44,509 nucleotides of DNA from Hyphochytrium catenoides. Taxonomy: Eukaryota; Protista; Hyphochytriomycota. The stretch lies in NCBI GenBank assembly GCA_900088475.1, contig FLMG01000013.1:1-44509 (forward strand), read 5' to 3'. The notes under the pieces are model-generated. The model saw only the letters and a program-made list of their open reading frames with translations. It had not been told where the DNA came from and did no database searches. A program made the position numbers and the translations under genes. Shown here piece by piece: positions 25,395-35,790 of this stretch (the first letter of the stretch is position 1; each line of letters begins with the position of its first letter).

Positions 25395-28124
25395 TTGGAC
25401 AGTAAGCGACAAACATGCGAAAGAGAGGAAGAGCTAAAAAGGGAGGAGGAGCAACAAGAAATAGCAGAAAAGATACTGAGAACCTTTATGAGCTGCTCTC
25501 TCTGCACAATAAGCCTCAAGACCTCTTGCTCTAGCAGGGCTTCTTTGTCTTTTCTCCACTGCACCATTCTCTTCCTCTCCTCTTCACTGACGTAGTAGTG
25601 CCGGCCGCGGCACTGAGAGCCACGGAGAGAGCAAAAGAGAAGAACCCATCGCCGGCAAAGAGGAGGAGAAGATGACTCATCTCCAGGAACCACCAGCTCC
25701 TCCACGGACTCTTTGTAAGTGAGTGAGGAAGGTGACTTGTGAGAAAAGGAAGAGGCTAAAGGCCAGTGTGACAGAGCTCGTGAAAAGACAAAGACTAGAG
25801 AGCAAAGACAAGGTTAGAGAGCAAAGAGTAAGAGACAAAGTAAAATGTGACTGATTTGCATTAACCGACCAGTCATCTCCATCTCATCCACTGTCTCCTG
25901 AAAAGTCAGATTCTGCTGCTGAAATAGCGCCAACTCTTCCTGAAGGTTGAAGGCCGGGGCTGGCGGTCTCTCTTCCTCTCTCTTTCTCTTCCCTGGCCCT
26001 CCCTCTTCCAAGTGTGATAGGGCTCGCTTAGCCTTCTCTCTCTCTTCCTGCTCTCTTTCTTCCTTTGCTCTTCTGGCTCTCTCTCCTCTCTCAACTTTGC
26101 GTCTTTTGGAGCTTCGAATGTCATGCAGGACGAGCCTGCTGCCACCCCTGGCCAGACGTTGAAAGTCAAAAGGATCTCGGGAGAGTCGAAGAAGACTTTC
26201 TGGCAGAGTTCTTTCTTGCTTTCTCTCTTCCGTATCAGAGTCTTCCTCCTCACTCTCAGAAGACCCTGCTAAGCCAGAGAAGAAGCAGAAGGTATAAGTG
26301 CGATACCTTTGTTACAGAGTGAGACTCGGTAAGGCAGGAAGTAGAAGAGACAAGAGCGAGAGAAAGAAGACGGAAGAAGAGAAAGAAACCGGACGATGCC
26401 TTCTTGAAAAGAAGGAAGAGACAAAGAGGGTGAAACAGACCCTCCACTTTCTGGGCTTCCACATGTTCGTCTTCTTCCTCCTCCCTGGTGATGCCCAGAT
26501 CTGGCATCTGAGCAAAAGACGCTCTGAAGAGCTGGATGCCCAGCGCGGACTGGTAGCGAGGAACTCCATCTCTCTCTCCATTTTCTAGATAGATTCCGTT
26601 TACATTCAAGCTCCCTGCAAGAGCGCAAAATGTAAACCGGAGATATCCCAGGAGCAAAGGCACAAGAGAATAGACGAGGGAATGAGGAACAAGAGAAAGA
26701 ACATTGTCCGTTACTCTACCGTCTCCTTTGTGTCTTCCTTTGTTCTCTAGCTCTCATTTCTTTCTCCTTTTCTAATATGTCCTCATGTAAATAGGCGTCT
26801 CTCTCTCTTCCTCGTCCCTTTATATGCATATCGTTCCTGGCAACTTTCGATGCGCTGAACTCTCTCTCTCTCTCTTTTTCATTCACATCTCTCTTCTCAG
26901 TCAGTACCTGCATGTTGAACGACATACGCTGGGACAGGCCCTTTCTTGAGAGTGAGAGAAGGACCAGGCTTCTTCCCTTTGCCTCCGAAGGAACTCCAGC
27001 CACTCTCCGGCGGTAGATCTCTATCTGCGTAGTTGCCATAGAGATAGTTGTACGAGCCTGCCTCGGTGCCCTCACTGCCCAACAGCCATAGCCGCAGGGG
27101 ACTGGGAGACAAAGAGACAAATATAGGCAATCGACGTGAGAGCAACAGGGAGAAAAGACAGGGAGGTGGAGGTCGCCTCGAGAAGGATTGAGAAAGAGAG
27201 AGAGAGAGAGGAAGAGAGAGGGAGAGAGAGAGGAAGAGAAAGAGAGAGAGAGAGAGGAAGAAAAAGAGAGAAGACGGTTGGGTCGAGCACGACAGAGTGC
27301 CAGAAACTGAGCAGATAGGATCTAGAGTGAAGAGGAGCAAAAGAGGAAGGTCAGAGAAGAGCATCTAGCGAGCGAGCGAGAGAAAGAGGAAGAAAGATGC
27401 AGGTAGGAAGAAGGTTAGGATTAGTGCAGAGAGACTGACCGCTGGCTGTCGCTCTTTTCTTGATCGGACCCCGGAGCGTGAGTCGCTACTCCTTTAGCAG
27501 ACGCAATGGCAGGGAGAACAGAGGAAGGCAGCTTTTGATCTATCTCTTGAAGAGCTTTTGTTGCCTTCTCGGCCTCTTGCAGCTCTTTCTTCTTTCGTTC
27601 AGCCTCCTCTCTCCTTCTTATTAGTTTCTCTCTTGCTTGGACTTTCTCATCAAAAGAAAGCTCATTCGCCCGAAGAGAGAGAGACGTGGCAATTTCTCGA
27701 ACTTCATCCTCCAGCGCCGTCATTTCGTTTCTGAGCCGCACTGTGTGTGAGAGAGCCTCCTTGCTCCTCTGCCGCCCTGCCTCCGCCGCTGATATCTCTG
27801 AGACTCGCTGCTGAAGAGCTCTCAATCTTAAGAGAGAGCGAGAGAGAGAGGAAGAGCGAGAGAGAGAGAGGACGGGGTGGGGAGAGGAGGTGGAGCAGGA
27901 AACAAGACACGAGCAGAGATCAGCAAGAGACAAACACTCCGGAAAAGTAAGATTAAAAGAGGTAGACGGATGCAGAGGCAAGAGAGAGGAAAAGACAGCA
28001 GAGACAAAGGATTTTGTCCGGAAGGAAGGGAGAGGAGTGCTGACGCAGTCTGACAGCAGTATCTCTTCCTGCTCTTTCGATATCTTCTTTTGTGCTCGCT
28101 TTTCTTTTCTCCTTGTCTCTCCCT

Positions 28125-28169
<45 letters not shown>

Positions 28170-29956
28170 CTTTTTCTGTATCACCTCTCCTTCTCTTCCT
28201 CAGATGGTTCCGGGGCCGCGGCTCGGGCTTTGAACTCCTTTAAATCTTGGTCACTAATCGCCGCTGCCAGGCGTTTCTGTGCTTCTTCGTAGACCTGAAC
28301 CTCCGACCGAAAGTTCTCATACTCAAGCTTGGGAAGGTCCTACATAGAGAGAGAGAGACGCGAGAAAGAAGGAGAGAGACAGCGGAAAGACACACAATAG
28401 AGCAAGGGAGACAGAGAAAAGAGAGTTATACGATGCCCCTAGTTTGAAAAGATCATATAGAGAAAGTAAGAGATGCGAGAAAAAGAGAGAGAGACAGAGA
28501 GAGACACACAGAGGAGAGAGAGAGAGGCGGGGGACGCTGTCCTTGTTGCAGAGCCAACGAATGATAAGGGAAAAGGAGATAAAGAAGAGTTACTCAGCTC
28601 CAGAGGGCGAAGCAAGTGTGAAAAAAGTGAAAGAAAGAGATACCGATTGATTCAGACACGATTATTGAGAGAAATGGGAGGGGATCGCATTAAAGGCACA
28701 ACAGAGAGAGAGAGAGAAGATGCGAGAACAAGAAGAGAACAAAAGAAAAGAAAAGCAAGAGAGACTCAGAGATACGACGAAGAGAGATAAGCAAGAAGAG
28801 GGAGTGAGAAGCGTAAATGCGGAGATTAAGGAAGGAAAGAGCGAGGAAGAGAGACGGAGAGAAAGAGAAAAAGAGAAAAAGAGAAAGGGAGCCACCTTGA
28901 GCACATGCTCTCCCTTGATGAAGTTGGTCACGATAACTGCGCCTTCCTCCTCTATCTCTTTCCCTTTCATCAGCCTCTCCGCTAGTGCCTTTCTCTCTCC
29001 CTCTCTCTGCAACCGAACCTCTTCCTCCTGGCGTTCAGACATCGATTTCTTCAGCCGAGCCAGCCGATCCTGGAACTGAGAGCGAGCGCGAGAGAAAAGG
29101 AGAGAACAGAGGCCGCATCCAGGAAGTGAGAATGAAACCAGGACGCAGGGTCAGAGAAGGTGAGATAGAGATGTTCAAAAGAGAGGGAGAAGAGAGACGG
29201 AGAGAAGAGAGAGAGAAAGAGAGACGGAGAGAAGAGAGAGAGAGAAAGAGAGACACAGAGAGGAGAGAGAGATTGTGACAGAGGAAAGAGAGAGAGGTTT
29301 CAGAGCTTAAGACAGGGCAGACGGCAGTAGCACAAGGCGGCAGTGACAAAGCAAGCCCTAAAAGGACTGCGTGCATTGAAAAAAAAGCAAAGCAAGGAGA
29401 AAATGAGAGAAAGAGACGTGGAGAGCAAGGAGATGTCAATCAAGCTTTTGCTAGGGCAAGGGAGAACAAAGAGAGAGAGAGAGAGAGAGAGAGACAGAGG
29501 AATAGAGAGAGAAAGGAATAAGGAGAAGACGATCACCTTGTTCTGTCCTGAGAGAGCTGGGCTTCCTCTTGGAGATGCTGTAGGAATGGCTGGGAGCTGC
29601 GTAGACTTCGGAAGAAACGGAGAAGACATTGACTCTTCCGAAGGAGAGAAAGAGCCACTTTCTTCCTGGTTGTTCCTTCCCGCGAGTCCTCTTTCTCTCT
29701 CTCTTTCTCGCCCCTCCGGAGAGGAGAGCAGCGGAGAACTCTTGGCGGAGAGGATTCTTTCTCTGAGTGCATGTCTCTGGGCGAAGGAGCCTGCCTCGTC
29801 AGAACTCTCGTGGGAGAGAGAAAGGGGAGAGAATGGCCTCTCTCTTTCTCGCTCTCTTTCTGGGCTGCTCTCTCCATTTTCATCCTTCAACCCATGAGGA
29901 AAGCCAGGAGGAAGCCGCCGAGGCCCGGGCGGCGGTGGAGACGGAACGGGCAGCAT
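11624..29956 (-). CDS. Giant multidomain protein (about 38 exons, about 3,200 aa by hand-splicing): coiled coils, AP2/ERF-like motif, putative Zn site, IQ motif, repeated beta-rich modules, C-terminal EF-hand pair
   Basis: First ATG after an in-frame stop is at 29956 (MLPVPSPPPP). Successive GT-AG junctions can be joined in phase down to TAG at 11624. EF-hands FDQDGSGSIGVEEF and IDSDNSGSIELMEF. IQ-like LLQRVLRGRLGR at about 21230-21280. The AP2-like motif spans exons 24171-24251 and 23916-24001. Confidence 0.75.
23674..23733. repeat. Perfect (AG)n microsatellite, about 30 units, intronic ((CT)n on the sense strand)
   Basis: Directly visible; lies within intron 23625-23915. Confidence 0.95.
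23916..24739 (-). other. AP2/ERF-like domain encoded across three small exons of the giant gene
   Basis: Exons 24575-24739, 24171-24251 and 23916-24001 splice to GGWSVSLTVDGEQLY...RLIYLGVYPTK|DEAARAYDAAAIKEA, matching the AP2 signature YLG-x-F/Y-x-T-x-E/D-EAARAYD-x-AA. Confidence 0.7.
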
Positions 29957-30403
29957 GCCTTCCTCCTTTTGGCCGTTAAACCCTTGAGGTTCTCTTAATC
30001 GCCATCAACTCTTGAAGAGCGAGCGACAGAGAGAGAGAGAAGACTGAGGAGTGAGGGAGAAATAGAGAGGGATGGAGATATCAGAGAAGAGAGAGAGAGA
30101 GAGAGAGATAGCAGGGAAGAGAAATAGAGAGATTCGGGGTTATCATACCCCTTTCGCGGTTCTCGTGCCCTATTCACATTCCTTATATCCTTGTGCCTCT
30201 GGCATATCCCCCGCTGCTAGGGACGGGAGAATGGCCGAACGGCAGGACCGAGAAGAAGTCAGTGTTTTGTCTCCTTCTCTCTCTCTCTCTCTTTCTCCTT
30301 TATAGTTCCTTTTGAGCTTGATCATCGCGTCTTTCTTCACTAGCGACCCCTTCGCCGTGGTTCTGATGGATGGAGCCTGCAATATTCGTCTCTCCCTTTC
30401 CAT

Positions 30404-30475
30404 GTCTCTCTCTCTCTGTCTCTCTTTCTGCCTTTCTTGGCTCTCTCTCTCTTTTTCCCTCTCTCTCTCTCTCTG

Positions 30476-30569
<94 letters not shown>

Positions 30570-30570
30570 T
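30404..30570. repeat. Compound (CT)n microsatellite with a periodic GT interruption, between head-to-head genes
   Basis: Directly visible. G interruptions at 30475, 30497, 30517, 30537 and 30557. Confidence 0.95.
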
Positions 30571-30997
30571 TCCCCCCTCCCTTTTCCTCTGCTCAACACC
30601 TTCCCCGCGCCGATTCGTTAACAGGATGGACAAGACCTATTCCAAATCCGAACAAAGAATATCACCTATATTTCTAGCTGCATAAAGCCCCATTTACAGT
30701 ATCCTCCACGTGTGAAAAACAAGAGCGGATCTATTATTGGGTAAGTAGCCTTAATACTATGAATTTGTGCCTTGACATCTTGAAAACTTGATTTTTACCG
30801 ACAGTTGAGAGGGTGGCCACACAAATCTTTCGAAGCTCTTTCCAGAACAGAGACGCACAGACAGATCTCAGACAGAGATCGGACGGAGATCATCGCCAAT
30901 TATAGGCCCAGCGAGCTGAATAAGGGCTTGTACTTCGAGTCCTACTGTTTAATTAGACGAGGATTTGGTTGGGAAGGACAAAGACCAGAGCGGAAAT

Positions 30998-32252
30998 ATG
31001 AGTGGCGGGAGAATTTACGTGGGAAATCTTCCTCTGGATGTGAGGAAAGGTGATCTTCTCGACAAGTTCGAGCGTTATGGCAGAATAGAAGACGTCAACA
31101 TCAAGGCTGGCCAGAGGCCGCCAGCGTTTGCTTTCATTGTGGGTCTATCCTCTTACTTACCTGCACATTTCTCCCTCCATTTCTATTCTCTTTATCCTTT
31201 TGTACACGAAGGATGTTTACTGCGTGACCTCTTGTCTCTGCTCGTAGTAAAAAGCTTTATCTTAACGGTTTGTGTGCTGCAGGAGTTTGAAGATGGCCGC
31301 GATGCCATGGACGCCGTCCGCGGAGAAGACGGGTATAGCTCTCGTCGTAGCGCTTTTTCAGTCCTAGGGTCGTTGTCTCTAGCCCTGACGTCCTGCCTTA
31401 TACTGGCTTTCAAGCCAATTGTACACTTTTTCCTGTTCTAAGTTTCCGTCACTTCTTTCTCGGCTCTCTGCAGACGCGACTTTCTGGGCGAGCGAATCCG
31501 CGTAGAGCCATCCCGAGGCGGTAAAGACCGCAGAGGCGGCGGCGGAGGCGGCGGCGGAGGGTACGAACGACTCTTTGAACACACATCTAGGAGGGCGAGC
31601 GCCTACTAGGGGACTTTCTGGTTCTGTTTTGGGCTCTATTGCGTCTCATCTTGGTCTTGGGGGTTGGCTGGAGGAGAGCCAGGAGCAACTTAGGACACCG
31701 CTGGGCGGCTGGGAGCTCGCTTCCGGATATAAGGAGGAGGATTCTGGACACACACTCTCATTGTCTGGGCTGCTGTCTCCCTGTCTGGCGCCATCTTTCC
31801 TCCTGCTGCTGGTTGGGACTGCTGGGGCACTGGATCTTGGGCTAATCTTTCTCCCTTGGACCTGTAGAGGCGGCAAGCGCACGGAATTTAAGGTGTCAGT
31901 ATCTGGACTGCACTCCAGCGTCAGCTGGCAGGACCTTAAAGATTTCTTGCGCCGAGGCGGAGATGTGGTCCATACCAACGTTAACAGAGATGGTACCGGG
32001 TAGGTCCCTCACTACCTCTTGCTCAAATCTTTCTACTATTTACTTCCTAGATGAGGGGTTATTGCCCACTCTACCCCTTCTCTGTATTGTTGGTCCGTCT
32101 GCTGTCGATCAGTAAACAAACGCTTCAGCTGAGCCAGCCTTGATTTGTTGCAGTATGGGAGAGTTCTCTTCCTACGATGAGATGAAGCGTGCAGTACGCA
32201 AGCTCGACGACACCGAGTTCCGCGGAACCTACGTGCGACTCAGAGAGGTAAG

Positions 32253-32298
<46 letters not shown>

Positions 32299-32724
32299 GC
32301 TCTCATAATTGGCGCTAAATATTTGGTGGACTGTAGGCAAGACGCTCTGGATCTAGATCCCGCTCACCACCTCGGCGTGGACATCGTTCTCGTTCTCGTT
32401 CGCCTCCAAGAAGACGGGGTGGACGGTAAGCACAGATAACTTTAGCCCTCAGTTTGTCTCGCCTGCTGCCTGTCCCTCGATCTATCTTTGTGTTAGCTTG
32501 TCTTCTCCTCTCTCATCTCGTTTGCTCATGCCGTCACCGGATGAGGCCCCCCCCTCTTATCATTCTTTGCTTACAGCTCCCGCTCCCGTGATCGCGACCG
32601 AAGATCCCGTAGTCGCTCCCCTCGCAATCGCTCTCCTAGCCCTAACAGAGGAGATGACAAGAGGGAGGAGAGAAGGGAGGACGGCAATGATCGGTCTCCT
32701 CCTCCATCCGGCAGGGGCGACTAA
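30998..32724 (+). CDS. SRSF1: SR splicing factor, SRSF1/SF2-ASF (plant SR30/SR34) type: RRM1, Gly linker, pseudo-RRM2, RS domain; 7 exons
   Basis: Exons 30998-31138, 31283-31332, 31474-31560, 31868-31999, 32154-32247, 32337-32425, 32577-32724. RIYVGNLP (RNP2), FAFIEF (RNP1), the diagnostic SWQDLKD motif, AVRKLDDTEF and an RS/RSP-rich tail. Confidence 0.95.
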
Positions 32725-33339
32725 GCTCTCTTCACTATTCATGAATGTAGGCTACCACCCTCTTTCTTACTTCTCCGTTGGCTTTCCATCATGAGCTATA
32801 ACAGGGTTTGGCCTGTTGTCCTGCTGATTAGAAAAGATACAGAAGATTGTGCATGTCGTCGGCTCTCTCTTCCTCTTTCTTCTGCGGAGGTGAGAGTCCG
32901 CAGGAGAGGAGGAAAGTCCGGGCATCAACTCCCCGTGAGAGGCCTTCTCTCAGCCTTTCTTGATAGACGAAAAGCCTAGACTAATATGAAGGACACTAGG
33001 AGGCCGTTACTCTACACCGTTCTCTCTCTCTCCTGCATGTTTCTGCTTCACTAGACGTTCCAAAGAGGTCGCCACTCCAAGCTTACCCTCTCTTTCCCGT
33101 GCCCTTCCAGGCTATTGACAGAAGAGTAGGAGCTGGTTAGTTTGAGCAGTGGTGATGAAGGTTGGGAAAGAAGGTTGGAAAAAGAAAGAGGAGGGGCGGA
33201 ACCGATTGAGTAGCACGACAGAAGTCGAGGACGAATGCAGCAATAATATATTACAAAAGTCAGAGCAGCGGACTGAAGCTCTCTGTCTATTCGGGAACCA
33301 TCCTCCGTTCGATTTGCCTTTTCGTCGTATTCTCCTCTC

Positions 33340-35790
33340 TTAAGGGCTAGATTGCTTTCTAAGCGCTGGCGAGCTGCGCGTGGGCAAAGACACGGAACGA
33401 GCTAAAGATCCGACACGGGAAGAAAAAGTGGCCGCGGATGTCGTTCCCTCTGCAAGTGGAGAAAAGGATGGCGTCTGATTGAGGAGAGAGCTGCCCAGAG
33501 TACTGGCGTCTGTCCCAACCTGCAGTTGATCCAAGCGGTCTTGACGTGTAAACATCGCCTTACGCTTGAGATGCAGGCGGACAGAGGTCGAATTCATCTC
33601 TCGAACTTCCCTTCCTGCAAGTTCTCTCCTAACCTCTCCCTGCAACCTATCAAGAATCTCTCTCATGCTGGGCCTGCTTTCTGGATCCTCCTTCATACAA
33701 TCTAACATCAGCTGCCTTCTTACTGGCTGGCATGTATCCGGGATCGTTGGTCGAAGCCCTTGGTGCGCTACCGCCATCATAATCTTCAACCCATTCTTCC
33801 CATAACCTTGATAGGGCAACTTGCGTGTCTCAAACTCAGTCAGAACAACGCCAAAGCTGTAGCAATCCGCTTTTTCATTGTACGGCTCTCCTCGGATCAC
33901 CTCTGGGGCCAGCCAGAAGGGGGTACCAGCAAAAGTCGTTAGGTCATCCTCGTAGAACTTCCTACTCCGGGCAAAGTCAGACACTTTGCACCCGAAGGTA
34001 GCTGAACAGAGCAAGTTCCTACTCTTGAGATCGCGATGCACCACGGGTGGATCACTGGCATGCAAGTAGAGCATCCCTTGAGCAGCATCTATCGCCATCT
34101 TCAGCAGCGGGTCTGACCAGGTAAGAATGAGGTTGCAGGCCAATAAGCTTTGAACGTCACGGCGCTCAAGGTATTCCACCACCATGCAAATGTTAGAATA
34201 GTTGTCCCAGCTTGCCCCGATAAACTGCACTATATTGGGATGACGAAGACACGCCATCAACTCGATCTCAGCCTTGAAGACCGAGATCACCTGCTCGTGG
34301 ATTTTGTCCCTTAGGATTCGCTTGACCGCCACTTTGGAGCCTCTGTAGGTTGCCAGAATGACCTCAGTGATAGTGCCAGTATATATTTTCTTCTCCAGCT
34401 TGAGATGCGAGAAAGGGATTTTGACTTCTTCCAAGATCTGAGCGGTCTCTCTGTCTTCCATTACCGCCTTCACAGCTCTTCTCTCTTCAGGAGTCTCTTC
34501 AAAGTGCGTAAGAGCCGCTTCCGCCCTCTCTAGATTGTCTTTTAGTTCTTCGTTCTTCTCATCAAAGTAGTGAATGACTAGGAAGGTCCGCCTCTTGGTT
34601 CTATCCGTGTAGTAAGACGCAGTGGCGATAAGGATGACAGAGAGCGCGTTCGTGAAGATGAAGGCCAACCAGCTCCTGCCGTCTACATAGTCCAAAGAGT
34701 GGGGAGGAGGAAGAGAAAAGCTGTAGGAGATAATAATTATCCACGAAGCCACGCAAGAGAGAGAGATCAGCACGCTGACATGAGGAAAGTCCAGCTGCAT
34801 GGTGAGGCCAAGAGATCCTCCAATGAGAGAAATAAGAGTGTTGATATGGGCGATGAAGGACATGTATATCACGTCATCTCTAGCCCTAACAAAGGCCCCA
34901 AAGGTGAGCCCCTGGAAGAAAGGATCAGAAAGCGGAGCAGAGCACTCGTTTTTAGGAGACACGAAGAACTTGCTCCTCTCTGCAAACTGCCTCACAGACA
35001 ACGTGGCCTGATAAGACAGCCATATCTGGATCCCAACCATTAAAAGTAGTAGGGTGCAGCATGCCCACGTCTTCCATGGTACTCTGAGGCGAAGACAGGG
35101 ACAGCGAAAGCCTCTGGGGGTAGATATCAGAACAAAAGGCACTGCCAGCACGAGGTAGAGGCACTGTGCATATTCATCCACCCTGGAAAAGTCTCTGGGC
35201 CACAGATTGAGACCGTCCAGCTTCTGCCCGCGTACAGAGAAGGCAAGATAGAGCACCACGTGCATTATAATGGTCATTCCTACCAACCACCGTGCGCGAT
35301 AATATGCATCGTGTGTACAGGTATCTTGATATTGCGCCTCCACATTCAGATCTAAGAACTTGTTGGTTGTCCTATGCATTAGCTTGCCATCATGACTGAA
35401 GTCGCTGATGGAAGCGCGAGAAAGAGAAGAATAATTTTCCCCATTCACTAATGCCCCTTGCGGGTTGAGATTGGGGTCTTCGAAGGAGGAGGGATATGTC
35501 TCCCCATCCGTACATTGTGGCTCTCTCAAACCATCAACACGGACTTCGGACGGCCCTGACAGCTTGCGCAGCGGCGTGTGCTTTGTAGGCTTGTCTACAT
35601 GGGGATTTGAAGCTGTTAGCGAAGAACAGCATAAAAACCCGGGCGGTGCCTCACTTACCCGTGAATATTTGCATGACGGCATGGTAGGCGTCAAAGTTGA
35701 CAGCACTATCTCCTGAGTGATTATCATCATTGCCCGCCGTTTGGCAGACACCTGGCCCCTGGGAGTTTCGTCTCCTTCTAGGGGAGCCAC
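33340..35790 (-). CDS. Single-exon membrane TKL-group protein kinase with an N-terminal 6-TM region; start uncertain (first in-frame ATG at 35730)
   Basis: VAVK, FKAEIELM, HPNIVQFIG, HRDLKSRNLL, KVSDFA, GTPFWLAPE, ADCYSFGVVL and GLRP motifs. Six hydrophobic segments lie between about 34600 and 35290, followed by a coiled-coil linker. Confidence 0.9.
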   Translation of the reverse strand: MAPLEGDETPRGQVSAKRRAMMIITQEIVLSTLTPTMPSCKYSRVSEAPPGFLCCSSLTASNPHVDKPTKHTPLRKLSGPSEVRVDGLREPQCTDGETYPSSFEDPNLNPQGALVNGENYSSLSRASISDFSHDGKLMHRTTNKFLDLNVEAQYQDTCTHDAYYRARWLVGMTIIMHVVLYLAFSVRGQKLDGLNLWPRDFSRVDEYAQCLYLVLAVPFVLISTPRGFRCPCLRLRVPWKTWACCTLLLLMVGIQIWLSYQATLSVRQFAERSKFFVSPKNECSAPLSDPFFQGLTFGAFVRARDDVIYMSFIAHINTLISLIGGSLGLTMQLDFPHVSVLISLSCVASWIIIISYSFSLPPPHSLDYVDGRSWLAFIFTNALSVILIATASYYTDRTKRRTFLVIHYFDEKNEELKDNLERAEAALTHFEETPEERRAVKAVMEDRETAQILEEVKIPFSHLKLEKKIYTGTITEVILATYRGSKVAVKRILRDKIHEQVISVFKAEIELMACLRHPNIVQFIGASWDNYSNICMVVEYLERRDVQSLLACNLILTWSDPLLKMAIDAAQGMLYLHASDPPVVHRDLKSRNLLCSATFGCKVSDFARSRKFYEDDLTTFAGTPFWLAPEVIRGEPYNEKADCYSFGVVLTEFETRKLPYQGYGKNGLKIMMAVAHQGLRPTIPDTCQPVRRQLMLDCMKEDPESRPSMREILDRLQGEVRRELAGREVREMNSTSVRLHLKRKAMFTRQDRLDQLQVGTDASTLGSSLLNQTPSFSPLAEGTTSAATFSSRVGSLARSVSLPTRSSPALRKQSSP

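Noticed and set aside
2105-29956. Alternative genetic code or non-canonical splice sites as the cause of the fragmented ORFs
   Set aside because: The breaks examined are resolved by in-phase GT-AG introns (except at one assembly gap); no stop reassignment is needed.
29995-30403. ORF 30170-30403 as the first coding exon of the giant gene
   Set aside because: I found no in-phase junction to the 29956 exon, which has an in-frame stop just upstream of its ATG. It is more likely 5' leader or a uORF.
23461-30685. Many ORF-track entries rich in ERERER or LSLSLS
   Set aside because: They are translations of intronic or UTR (GA)n/(CT)n microsatellites, or antisense shadows, not genes.
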